From Spirulina sp. (GTDB lineage Bacteria; Cyanobacteriota; Cyanobacteriia; Phormidesmidales; Phormidesmidaceae), in contig JBIPSI010000005.1 of assembly GCA_044070495.1 (NCBI GenBank), forward strand, positions 1 to 64,000: DNA of 64,000 bases, read 5' to 3'. The translations under genes were made by a program, and so were the position numbers. The notes beneath the pieces were generated by a model, which saw only the letters and a list, made by a program, of their open reading frames with translations, was not told where the DNA came from and did no database searches. Shown here piece after piece: positions 46,622-55,506 of the stretch (the first letter of the stretch is position 1; every line of letters starts with the position of its first letter).

Positions 46622-48505
46622 ATGGCCCAAAAAACGATTCAATGCCGCCTAGTCGCCCCTGCTGAGACTCGTCAATACCTGTGGACACTCGCCGCCGAAA
46701 AGAACACACCGCTGATTAACGCCCTCATCCAGGGCATCGTCACCCACGAGGACTTTGAAACCTGGCGAATTAAGGGCCGACATCCCGCCGATGTTGTAAC
46801 CAAGCTCTGCAAAAGCCTGAAAACAGAAGCCCCCTTCTCCGGTCAGCCCTCCCGGTTCTATGCCTCCGCCGAAAAAGCCGTCAACTACATCTTCAAGTCC
46901 TGGTTTACCCTGCAACGCCGCCTCCAACAGAAAATCTCTGGCCAACAAACCTGGCTCACCATCCTCAAAAGCGATGACGAGCTAGTGGAGCTATGTGGCC
47001 ATGCGTTAGAAGATATCCAAGATAAAGCCGCCCAGATTTTGGATGACGCTGAAACAGCGATTGAGGAGGAAGGGCATTCAGGCCAATCGAAACAAACCGC
47101 CATCAGAGCACATCTGTTCAAAAAGCACGACCAGGCCAAACAACCCCTGATTCGCTGTGCCACCGCCTATCTCCTCAAAAACGGGGGCAAAATTCCCGAC
47201 CAGCCCGAAGACCCTGAGAAATTTGCCCACCGCCGCCGCAAAGCCGAAATCCAGGTGCAGCGCCTCCAAGACCAACTCGAAGCCCGCCTTCCCAAGGGCC
47301 GAGACCTCACCGGACAAACTTGGCTTTCCACCCTGCTCACCGCCACCACCACCGTCCCCAAAGACAACCGCGAACATAAGCAGTGGCAAGACAAACTGTT
47401 GGCCCAGCCCCGCACCATCCCCTTCCCCATCCTGTTTGAAACCAACGAAGACCTCGTCTGGTCACGGAATGCCTCCGGTCGTCTCTGTGTACGATTCAAC
47501 GGCCTGAGCGAACATCGGTTTCAAATCTACTGCGACCAACGGCAACTGCCCTGGTTTCAGCGATTCCTAGACGACCAAGAAACCAAGCGGGCCAGCAAAA
47601 ACCAGCACTCCAGCGCCCTCTTTGCCCTGCGTTCTGCCCGCCTCTCCTGGCAAGAATGCGATGACCACCAAGGCCACCCCTGGGATGCCCACACCCTCAC
47701 CCTCTCCTGCACCGTCGATACCCGCCTCTGGAGCGCTGAGGGCACCGACGACGTGCGCCAGGAAAAAGCTGCCGAGGTCTCCCAGATACTCACCCGCCTC
47801 AACGAGAAAGGTGACTTATCCAAAACCCAGGCAGGCTATGCCAAACGCCTCACCTCCACCCTAGAGCGCCTCGATAGCTCCTTCCATCGCCCCAGCCGCC
47901 CCCGCGACCAAGGACAAGCCCATATCATCGCTGGCCTCAGCCTGGGCTGGGATGTCCCGCTTACCCTAGCGATTTGGAACGCTAGCACCCAGGAAATCCT
48001 GACCTATCGCAGCCTCCGCCAACTCCTGGGTCAAGACTACAGCCTCTTCCTCAAACACCGCCGAGATCAACAGCAGCAGTCCCATCGCCGCCACAAGGCC
48101 CAGCGGCAGGGCAAAGATAACCGCTTTGGCACCTCCCACCTGGGAGAACATATTGATCGCCTACTGGCCAAGGCCGTCGTCGCTGTGGCCCAACAACACG
48201 GAGCCGGGAGCATCGCCATCCCCAAGCTAGACAACATCCGCGAAACCCTTCAGGCCGAAATTCAGACCAAAGCCGAGCAAAAAGCGCCCGGTTCCATCGA
48301 AGGGCAGAAACGCTACGCCAAGCAATACAAGATCAGCATCCACAAATGGAGCTACAGCAGGCTACTCGATCAAGTGGCCAGCAAAGCCGCCCAGCAAGGA
48401 CTCGTCATCGAAACCGTCAAACAACCCTGGCGGCAAAATCCCCAGGAGCGGGCAAAAGCCGTAGCCATAGCCGCCTACGAGGCACGACAAACGATAGTAC
48501 CTTAG
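46622..48505 (+). CDS. cas12k: Cas12k (nuclease-dead type V-K effector)
   Basis: TIQCRLVA..W.L.AEKNTPLIN, LPKGRDLT, VDTRLWSAEGT, inactive RuvC (GLSLG, IAIP), IHKWSYSRL. Confidence 0.96.
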   Translation: MAQKTIQCRLVAPAETRQYLWTLAAEKNTPLINALIQGIVTHEDFETWRIKGRHPADVVTKLCKSLKTEAPFSGQPSRFYASAEKAVNYIFKSWFTLQRRLQQKISGQQTWLTILKSDDELVELCGHALEDIQDKAAQILDDAETAIEEEGHSGQSKQTAIRAHLFKKHDQAKQPLIRCATAYLLKNGGKIPDQPEDPEKFAHRRRKAEIQVQRLQDQLEARLPKGRDLTGQTWLSTLLTATTTVPKDNREHKQWQDKLLAQPRTIPFPILFETNEDLVWSRNASGRLCVRFNGLSEHRFQIYCDQRQLPWFQRFLDDQETKRASKNQHSSALFALRSARLSWQECDDHQGHPWDAHTLTLSCTVDTRLWSAEGTDDVRQEKAAEVSQILTRLNEKGDLSKTQAGYAKRLTSTLERLDSSFHRPSRPRDQGQAHIIAGLSLGWDVPLTLAIWNASTQEILTYRSLRQLLGQDYSLFLKHRRDQQQQSHRRHKAQRQGKDNRFGTSHLGEHIDRLLAKAVVAVAQQHGAGSIAIPKLDNIRETLQAEIQTKAEQKAPGSIEGQKRYAKQYKISIHKWSYSRLLDQVASKAAQQGLVIETVKQPWRQNPQERAKAVAIAAYEARQTIVP

Positions 48506-48577
48506 AACCAAAAGCCTAGGCTATAATGGGCAAACAGCTTTGAACCCGACCGCTGAACCTAGACAACCGAATGATTC

Positions 48578-48840
48578 AATCGCGCCGCGACTCATGCGTT
48601 AGCCTCTGAGTCGTGTGAAATAAGGGTTAGTTTGGCTGTTGGAAAACAGCCGTGCTTTCTGGCCCTGGTAGCTACTCGCCCTGATGCTGTCGGACGAGAG
48701 GCTTCGGCCTCTCCGAAGAGATTAAGTCGTAGTTGACGTGCTTGTAACCTTGATTATGACGTAGGTGCGCTCCCAGCAATAAGGGTGTGGATGTACTGCT
48801 GTAGTGGCTACCGAATCACCCCCGACCAAGGGGGAACTCG
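48578..48840 (+). ncRNA. Type V-K tracrRNA
   Basis: GCGCCGC..GGGTTAGTTTG..TGCTTTCTG.CCCTGGTAGCT..TAGGTGCGCTCCCAGCAATAAGGG..GAATCACCCCCGA.CAAGGGGGAA matches the V-K tracr scaffold; ends approximate. Confidence 0.88.
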
Positions 48841-49045
48841 CTCCAATACTGGGGTTGAGGGTCTTTGGAAGGATGAAATACGCCTTCTCGATCCGCGCCA
48901 AGACCGAACAACCCGTCACACGGTTATTCCAAGTCTTTGCCCAGGTCAAAAGACCCTCGACCTCACCAGTACTGCCGGGATGGATGAGGCGATCCGCGCA
49001 AATGACTTCTGAAAGCCTTGTCTTGAGAGCCTTTCAGAAGCCTGC

Positions 49046-49292
49046 GTCACAATCAACCACCCTGCACAGGGGAGGTTGAAAGGGCGCAGCCCATGGGAAG
49101 GCGTGCTTGCTTTCAGGTCACAATCAACCACCCTGCACAGGGGAGGTTGAAAGAAGGTAGGCACCTAGCTCCCAGGAGGTCAACGAACGTCACAATCAAC
49201 CACCCTGCACAGGGGAGGTTGAAAGCACTATACGGAGTGGACAAGAGATCAGCGGGTTGGTCACAATCAACCACCCTGCACAGGGGAGGTTG
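49046..49292 (+). CRISPR. CRISPR array: 37-bp repeat GTCACAATCAACCACCCTGCACAGGGGAGGTTGAAAG, 3 spacers
   Basis: Repeats 49046-49082, 49117-49153, 49189-49225, degenerate 49260-49292; spacers 34, 35, 34 nt. Confidence 0.96.
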
Positions 49293-49377
49293 GTGGGAAT
49301 TATCTGTGTATGATGGCCAAATGACATAATTAGGGACTTTGGCTAGTGCTGAAGACCTCAGAAGACAGAATAAACCA

Positions 49378-49407
49378 GCGAGTTGAAAGGTAAAACCTTA
49401 GCCTTCC
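49378..49407 (+). ncRNA. Delocalized homing crRNA (truncated repeat + 17-18 nt spacer)
   Basis: GCGAGTTGAAAG + GTAAAACCTTAGCCTTCC, identical to tRNA-Gly 49576-49593 (minus strand). Confidence 0.92.
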
Positions 49408-49419
49408 TGTATTCCACTT

Positions 49420-49533
49420 AAGCGACAACAATTTGTCACCAGTATTTTGACGACAAGATTTTGTCCCGACGACAGTAATATGACCTTGACGACATCAATC
49501 TGTCACCGATGACAAATAACGTGTCACTGTACA
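49420..49533 (-). repeat. CAST tRNA-proximal end (LE in ShCAST nomenclature) with TnsB sites
   Basis: Repeated GACA-N~7-TGTC units ending in TGTCACTGTACA. Confidence 0.88.
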
Positions 49534-49539
49534 GATTTA

Positions 49540-49610
49540 AGCGGGTGGGGGGAATCGAACCCCCATCATTAGCTTGGAAGGCTAAGGTTTTACCACTAAA
49601 CTACACCCGC
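49540..49610 (-). tRNA. tRNA-Gly(TCC)
   Basis: GCGGGTG TAGTTTAGTGGTAAAA CC TTAGC CTTCCAA GCTAA TGAT GGGGG TTCGATT CCCCC CACCCGC T cloverleaf. Confidence 0.96.
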
Positions 49611-49752
49611 AAGGTGGATGGCGCTCTATTTATCTAGAACTAGTTATTTAGAGCCAGTATGGCCTGAAGCCTAGTTTAGCATAGGTTGGGATCGAAGCTG
49701 TGGCCACGATTGGGAGCGCTAAGCAGGCCTGAGCAACGGGATTGAGCAACGG

Positions 49753-49789
49753 GAAAACCGGAGCACTTTCTCTGAAGCACTCCGGTTTT
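49753..49789. terminator. Putative intrinsic terminator after hpf
   Basis: AAAACCGGAG..CTCCGGTTTT inverted repeat. Confidence 0.5.
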
Positions 49790-49869
49790 GGGTAGAGATT
49801 AGGCTATGGCCCTAGCAGGTCTCCCGAATTGGCCCCTAGGCAGGATGCCAGTTCGGGCGCGAGGAAAAC

Positions 49870-50508
49870 CTAGGGTGCCGCAGCCGACAGTTCTTTATTG
49901 CTGACACCATTAGCTTCGTTGCCGTTGGGCTGGCGGGGTTGGATGAGGCCATAGCCGCCGTGGTTGCGTTCATAGACCACGTTGATTTCGTTGGTGTCCG
50001 CATTGAGGAACATATAGAAATCGTGGTCGATCAGCATCAGTTGTTCCAGGGCATCGGACACCGTCATCGGCGGCATCGCGAAGTATTTGGCCCGGATCAC
50101 CTCTTCCGGCAGTTGAGGTTCGGCGTTGTTCAGCACCTCCGTGACGTTGGTAACGGGCGCTTCGTTCAAGTAGGCTTCTGTGGTTTTGCCCAGACTGCCG
50201 TGCTTGCGGTCGTTGCGCTTTTCTTTGAACTTGCGGAGTTGGCGGCTAATTTTATCGGCAACTAGATCGATACTGGCGTATAGGTTTTCGCTGCTTTCCT
50301 CAGCCCGCACAATGGCCCCATCGACATAGAGCGTTACCTCTGCCGACTGCTTGGAGCTAATCCGAGGATTGCGCGCCACCGATAGGTGAACGTCAACCTC
50401 GTTGGTCAGATGATTGAAGTGGCTGACCGCCTTGAGGATCTTCTGCTCCACATAGTCGCGAATTGCATCGGTAATCTCGATATTTCTGCCATGGATAACC
50501 AGTTTCAT
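49870..50508 (-). CDS. hpf: Ribosome hibernation factor LrtA/HPF (long)
   Basis: [49 protein letters not shown]. Confidence 0.93.
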   Translation of the reverse strand: MKLVIHGRNIEITDAIRDYVEQKILKAVSHFNHLTNEVDVHLSVARNPRISSKQSAEVTLYVDGAIVRAEESSENLYASIDLVADKISRQLRKFKEKRNDRKHGSLGKTTEAYLNEAPVTNVTEVLNNAEPQLPEEVIRAKYFAMPPMTVSDALEQLMLIDHDFYMFLNADTNEINVVYERNHGGYGLIQPRQPNGNEANGVSNKELSAAAP

Positions 50509-50675
50509 AATAAAGCGGACTCCTTGAAACGTCGGCTTATGACTTCACCCTAGCACCTTGTATTCTGCACAACACTGTCCGTTAGAATCCTTTGCATGGG
50601 TTGATAATTCTTGATTGCTACCTCCGCAATTCTCCACAGTTCATCACATTTTCCAGTTGTTGTACGGTTGACAAG

Positions 50676-51374
50676 ATGGGGCACGACGACCAAAAGATCC
50701 GGCCTTTATGCGAGGTGTATCCCCTAGGGTTGATGCCCTATGAGGACGCCTGGACCCTACAAAAGGCATGGGTTTCGCGCCATCGACAATCCCCCCAGCC
50801 CGACCGTCTGCTGCTGGTAGAGCATCCCCCGGTCTACACCCTGGGGCAAGGATCCACCGTAGAAAATCTTAAATTTCTAGAGAGTGATCCTCCCCACCCC
50901 CTGTTTCGCATCGAGCGCGGCGGCGAAGTGACCCACCACTGCCCCGGCCAACTGGTGGGCTATCCGATCCTCGATCTCAAGCGCCACCAGACCGATCTGC
51001 ATTGGTATCTGCGGCAGTTGGAAGAGGTGGTGATTCAAACTCTGGCCGCGTTGGATATCCCCGGCACCCGCCAACCGGGCCTAACGGGGGTGTGGGTGGG
51101 CGATACCAAACTGGCGGCCATCGGCATCAAGGTTAGCCGCTGGATTACTATGCACGGTTTTGCCCTCAACGTTTGTCCTGACCTATCCGGCTTTGAGGCC
51201 ATCGTTCCCTGCGGCATTGCCGATAAATCCGTGGGCAGCGTGGCGCAATTTTGTCCCGGCATCACCGTGGCGGAGGTGGTGCCCGTGGTGAAGCAGTCGT
51301 TCAGCCAGGTGTTTGCGCTAGATCTTATGGATATCGCTATTCAACAGCAGGGGCACCCACAACGACACTTTTAG
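50676..51374 (+). CDS. lipB: Octanoyltransferase LipB
   Basis: [40 protein letters not shown]. Confidence 0.93.
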   Translation: MGHDDQKIRPLCEVYPLGLMPYEDAWTLQKAWVSRHRQSPQPDRLLLVEHPPVYTLGQGSTVENLKFLESDPPHPLFRIERGGEVTHHCPGQLVGYPILDLKRHQTDLHWYLRQLEEVVIQTLAALDIPGTRQPGLTGVWVGDTKLAAIGIKVSRWITMHGFALNVCPDLSGFEAIVPCGIADKSVGSVAQFCPGITVAEVVPVVKQSFSQVFALDLMDIAIQQQGHPQRHF

Positions 51375-51512
51375 GTTTATCAGGATTGAAGAAACCCTTG
51401 CAGTCAACTTCGCAAATTGCTAAGATCGCCTAAACAGTTATGAACGTTCTAAATCCCCCTTGGTTGAGTAGCTGCCGTTAAGTATTGTCTGCGCTGACCT
51501 ACAAGGCTATTC

Positions 51513-51815
51513 ATGCACATTATTACGCGTTCCCGATTGGTTGAGTTTTGGGAGAAGCACCCTAATTCTAAGATAAGCCTGTTGCTTTGGTATAAGTTAG
51601 CTAGCACGGCTAATTGGCAAAATTTTGTAGAATTACGACAAGTTTTTTCTTCTGCCGATCAGGTCATGAATTTCACAATTTTCAATATAGGAGGCAATAA
51701 GTATCGTCTAATTGCATTGGTAGATTATAGCTATCAGAAAATTTTTATTCGACATGTTCTTACCCATGCAGAATATGACAAGGGCGACTGGAGGAAAGAT
51801 AGTTGGTATAAGTAG
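51513..51815 (+). CDS. higB: HigB toxin
   Basis: MHIITRSRL..F, FNIGGNKYRLI, THAEYD. Confidence 0.9.
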   Translation: MHIITRSRLVEFWEKHPNSKISLLLWYKLASTANWQNFVELRQVFSSADQVMNFTIFNIGGNKYRLIALVDYSYQKIFIRHVLTHAEYDKGDWRKDSWYK

Positions 51816-51945
51816 CCTGAGTCTCTTGGCGCGATGAAGAACGAGGTAAACAAAATCTTTTACCAGTAGGTACTTTAGGCTTGATACTTATTTTGAATAG
51901 CCAGAGCATCTCATGTCAGTTCATTCTTGAGGTAAGGAGAAAACA

Positions 51946-52353
51946 ATGATTGTGACTGAGGCTGATAGCTACCGTGATCTTCTCCAACAGTTTCCACCCC
52001 GTCCTATCAAGTCTGAGGCAGAATTGATGGCAACTCAGGCATTTATTGATTCCTTGCTAGACTCCGATGAGATAACAGCCGACAAGCGAGATTACATTCA
52101 TCTGCTGGGAATGCTTGTTCATGACTATGAGGAAAAATACGTTACTATTCCAGATCTCAGTGGTGTGGAACTGCTTAAAGCACTGATCGATGAATTTGAT
52201 CTTAAGCAAAAAGATTTAACCCCTATTTTTAAAACTGAATCTATTATCTCTGAAGTTCTCAATGGTCGGCGTGGTTTTACTGTAGAACATATTGAAAAGC
52301 TGGCGAACTTTTTTCATGTTTCTCCTTCAGTCTTCTTTAGTCGATCAGCGTGA
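51946..52353 (+). CDS. higA: HigA antitoxin (HTH)
   Basis: PRPIKSE, LVHDYEE, LKQKDL..SEVLNGRR. Confidence 0.85.
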   Translation: MIVTEADSYRDLLQQFPPRPIKSEAELMATQAFIDSLLDSDEITADKRDYIHLLGMLVHDYEEKYVTIPDLSGVELLKALIDEFDLKQKDLTPIFKTESIISEVLNGRRGFTVEHIEKLANFFHVSPSVFFSRSA

Positions 52354-52400
52354 TGAGGTGATTTAGATGAGATGAGATGAGATGTTTTTCAACGGAGTAC

Positions 52401-52551
52401 TATAGCGGTTCTCGATAGAGTGAGGTACACCGTTGCCGGGTTCTAGATCCCCCCAGTATCTAGCGGTCTAAGTTTTGCTCTGTACCCCCCCTTATCAAGG
52501 GGGGCAGGGGGGATCCCCAAAATGTACTTCACTCGATTGGAATCCGCTATA
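52401..52551. mobile_element. 151-bp MITE-like element with 29-bp imperfect TIRs
   Basis: TATAGCGGTTCTCGATAGAGTGAGGTACA vs revcomp TATAGCGGATTCCAATCGAGTGAAGTACA; internal CCCCCCTT..AAGGGGGG hairpin. Confidence 0.65.
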
Positions 52552-52653
52552 AGTTATGGTGACAACGCTGAGAGTTCTTCCAGATTTATGAACGCTAAAA
52601 ACCCCCTCAGGGCAAGCCCGTCGGGGGTAATCAGAGGGTTAATCTAGCCGACC

Positions 52654-53889
52654 CTACCAGCTCCGAGTAGGAGCCAAGGCGTGGCCGCGAATCAGGCTAC
52701 CCACGGTTTTGGCGGTGATTTTCATCTGCACTAGGGGGTTGGCAGGCACCACGGTTTTGTAGAGGTAGCTGTCGAAGGTGAGCTTCTGCACGTCGATGTC
52801 CGAGCACATTTCCACGAAGGCTTCACGGGTGGCGTCGGAACGGTAGAACACCGTTTGCAGCAGATCCAGCACCTTGTAGGTCATGCCGTACTGCTTGTCC
52901 CACCGCTTCAGGTAGATTTTCAGCTCGTCTTCGGTGGGGATGCGCTGACCGCCGTTGGAGAATTCCACGATGGTTTCGGCGCACATGCGGGCCGACTTGG
53001 CGGCAAAGTAGATGCCTTCGCCGGAGGACTTGGTGACGGTACCAGCGGCATCGCCCACCAGGGCCACCCGACCCACCACCCGACGAGGGCGGGGATGCTC
53101 AGGGATGGGGTGCGCTTCCACTTTGATGATTTCGCCGCCTTCCAAACGCTTGGCGGCACGGGCGCGGATCCCGGCCTGGAGCTGCTTGATTTTGGCTTGG
53201 TTCACCCGCATGGTGCCGGTGCCCACGGCGACGTGGTCGTACTTGGGGAACACCCAGGCGTAGAAGTCGGGGGAGACATCGTTGCCGACGTACATTTCCG
53301 CCAGGTCTTCGTAGTAGGCCATTTTGTCTTCGGGCAGACGAATCCGCTCTTGGAAGGCGATGGCGTAGTTGTAGTCCCCGGCATCAATGGCCTTGGCCAC
53401 GCGGGAGTTCGCGCCATCGGCCCCAATCACCAGATCCACTTGCAGCGATTTGTTGTCGCCCACCAGACCGTCTTCGCGGTGCTCGGTGTAGTGGAGGGTG
53501 TAGGGTTGGTTGCTGGATTTGGGCAGGTCTAGGGCGTAGACGGTGCCGTTGATTAGCTTGGCCCCCAGCTTAGCGGCCCGATCCCGCATGAAGCCATCCA
53601 TCACTTCGCGGCGGCACATGCCGATGTACTCGTCATCCTTCAGCGTGCTGCCGATGTTGACTTCAATATTGGAGGGGGAGATCATCTTCATCTTCCGCAC
53701 CCGGCGGTCGATGATGCTGGGGGGCAGGTCAAACTCGTCCACCATGCAGAGGGGAATGGCCCCACCGCAGGGCTTGGCGTTGTCTAACTTGCGCTCAAAC
53801 AAATAGGTTTCGATACCGGCTTTTACTAAAGTCTCGGCAGCCGAGGAGCCTGCCGGACCTGATCCTACTACTGCTACCCGAAGTGACAA
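52654..53889 (-). CDS. chlP: Geranylgeranyl reductase
   Basis: VVGSGPAG, KPCGGAIP, GDAAG..SSGEGIYFA; TTG start assumed. Confidence 0.95.
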   Translation of the reverse strand: MSLRVAVVGSGPAGSSAAETLVKAGIETYLFERKLDNAKPCGGAIPLCMVDEFDLPPSIIDRRVRKMKMISPSNIEVNIGSTLKDDEYIGMCRREVMDGFMRDRAAKLGAKLINGTVYALDLPKSSNQPYTLHYTEHREDGLVGDNKSLQVDLVIGADGANSRVAKAIDAGDYNYAIAFQERIRLPEDKMAYYEDLAEMYVGNDVSPDFYAWVFPKYDHVAVGTGTMRVNQAKIKQLQAGIRARAAKRLEGGEIIKVEAHPIPEHPRPRRVVGRVALVGDAAGTVTKSSGEGIYFAAKSARMCAETIVEFSNGGQRIPTEDELKIYLKRWDKQYGMTYKVLDLLQTVFYRSDATREAFVEMCSDIDVQKLTFDSYLYKTVVPANPLVQMKITAKTVGSLIRGHALAPTRSW

Positions 53890-54104
53890 GGATGTGTCTC
53901 CCAAAATCGCAAAAGCTACGAGAGGCATCGTATCACGCCAATTTGGGCATTTCGGGCCGCCCCTGAGAGGATGTAACCGGATTGAAACACTCGTTTACAA
54001 TGCGATACCTGGATCGGGGACGGATCTATTTCTTGGCCAGAGAGTTTTCTATCGACGCCTCGGACGATGCCTTAGATAGGGAAGACCCTGTGCCCTGCGC
54101 CCCC

Positions 54105-54163
54105 AGTGTTGGGTTCCGCTTCGCTGCACCCAACCTACTTTGGAGAGGTGTCAGGCAATCAGG
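54105..54163. repeat. Half copy of the REP-bearing element at 4439
   Basis: Reverse complement matches 4439-4497 with 2 mismatches. Confidence 0.75.
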
Positions 54164-54210
54164 ACTAGGGTGGGCAATCTGGATTTTAGGATTGATGTTG
54201 GTAGGAATTA

Positions 54211-54801
54211 TCAAAACGTACAGTTTTGGGCTAGGGCCACCTTAAGCAAGCTTTTGTATTCTCGTTCGGGCACGATGTAGGCCCCAAACCGGGAAAGATG
54301 GGGGTTCATCATTTGGGCATCAAATAAAACAAAATGTTGTCGTCTGAGGTGTTCTACCAGCTTCACCATGGCCACCTTAGACCCCTCAGAAATACGAAAA
54401 AACATCGACTCGCCAATGAATGCCCCGCCAATCACCAGGCCCAGCACGCCGCCTGCCAGTTCGTTGCCCTGCCAGGTTTCAAAACTGTAGGCCCAGCCCA
54501 TTTGATAGAGATCCCAATACACCTGCTTGAGTTCCTCGGAGATCCAGGTAGTGTCTCGGTCGGCGCAGCCTTCGACCACATCTTGAAAAGCCTGATTAAT
54601 AGCCACCCGGAAGCGGTTTTGGTTGAGTACTCGCCGCAACGATTTGGGATATCGAAACCGTTGGTCGAGGGGAATAAGCGTGCGTTGACGACTTGCGTAC
54701 CAGCCGAGGGTGTTGCCGTCGTCGTCGGCCATCAAAAAATAGCCTCGGGAGTAGCCGTCAATGATGGCGTCAATGTCGTATCGAGGGGGGCGCAAGGTCA
54801 C
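54211..54801 (-). CDS. aat: Leucyl/phenylalanyl-tRNA-protein transferase
   Basis: GYFLMAD, TWIS, GGAFIGESMF, SKVA, FDAQ..HL.RFGA. Confidence 0.92.
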   Translation of the reverse strand: MTLRPPRYDIDAIIDGYSRGYFLMADDDGNTLGWYASRQRTLIPLDQRFRYPKSLRRVLNQNRFRVAINQAFQDVVEGCADRDTTWISEELKQVYWDLYQMGWAYSFETWQGNELAGGVLGLVIGGAFIGESMFFRISEGSKVAMVKLVEHLRRQHFVLFDAQMMNPHLSRFGAYIVPEREYKSLLKVALAQNCTF

Positions 54802-54963
54802 CGGGGTTTTCTCCGTAACGCTGTTTTCATTATCCCTTAACCCCCGTCCTGCATTCCCAGGGGCATCAGGCCGCAGGGGCGAGTAACAGACTGTGTCCTA
54901 AGTCTTTCCAGGCCAAAATCCCTTGCTTAGCATGGAGGGACTATCTCTTTTTGGGAAATCGCC

Positions 54964-55506
54964 ATGTTTTTGAATCAATGGAAGGGGGCTGTCGTGGCCC
55001 TGGTTGGGGTGCTGCTCTCCTTTGCGGGGATTAAACCTGCCCCCGCTGTCCCCTTGGCCGAGCCAGAACCCTCCCTAGCCCAGGCGGCTTGCCCTAGCGA
55101 ATGGCAAACTCGCCAGCGCTATGCGCGGGTAATTACAGAACGGGATCCGCTGCGAATTCGGGCCACCCCCAATGGTCGAGCGATTGGGTCGGTGCCGAAG
55201 GGCTGGGCCGTGGTGGTGCTAGAGCGTGACCCTAGCGGCCAATGGACAAGAATTACTAGCCATTTTGGCGAATATACCAACGACGCCGAATTTGCCTCAG
55301 CTCCCTACTTTCGCGATGGCTGGGTGGCAACGCGCTTTTTGCGAGATCTGGGTGAGTTTTGCGAAAAACCCATGGCCATGGGCGTTGCGCCTCTGGTGTC
55401 CTCGGCTCAGCCTGCCCCCGCTGCCGATTGGCTGGCCCTAGGGGATGAGATTGCCCAGGCCTCCCAGGCTCAACCTGCCCGAACCCAGTCCACGGATCAG
55501 GAATGA
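54964..55506 (+). CDS. Secreted SH3-like domain protein
   Basis: Signal peptide; LRIRATP..GSVPKG..W..GWVA. Confidence 0.7.
   Translation: MFLNQWKGAVVALVGVLLSFAGIKPAPAVPLAEPEPSLAQAACPSEWQTRQRYARVITERDPLRIRATPNGRAIGSVPKGWAVVVLERDPSGQWTRITSHFGEYTNDAEFASAPYFRDGWVATRFLRDLGEFCEKPMAMGVAPLVSSAQPAPAADWLALGDEIAQASQAQPARTQSTDQE

Larger units (their letters stand above)
30006..49533. mobile_element. Type V-K CRISPR-associated transposon (CAST)
   Basis: Perfect 23-bp terminal IRs TGTACAGTGACACGTTATTTGTC (30006-30028; 49511-49533); tnsB/tnsC/tniQ, cas12k, tracrRNA, array; abuts tRNA-Gly. Confidence 0.96.

Noticed and set aside
49154..49188. Spacer 2 resembling tracrRNA segment TAGGTGCGCTCCCAG
   Set aside because: Only a short gapped similarity; compatible with chance.
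48722..49329. Short ORFs over the tracrRNA and array
   Set aside because: They overlap structured RNA and repeats; the repeated peptide TINHPAQGRLK is just the CRISPR repeat.
52855..53806. Long antisense ORFs opposite chlP and other GC-rich genes
   Set aside because: Shadow frames from codon bias, with no recognisable motifs.
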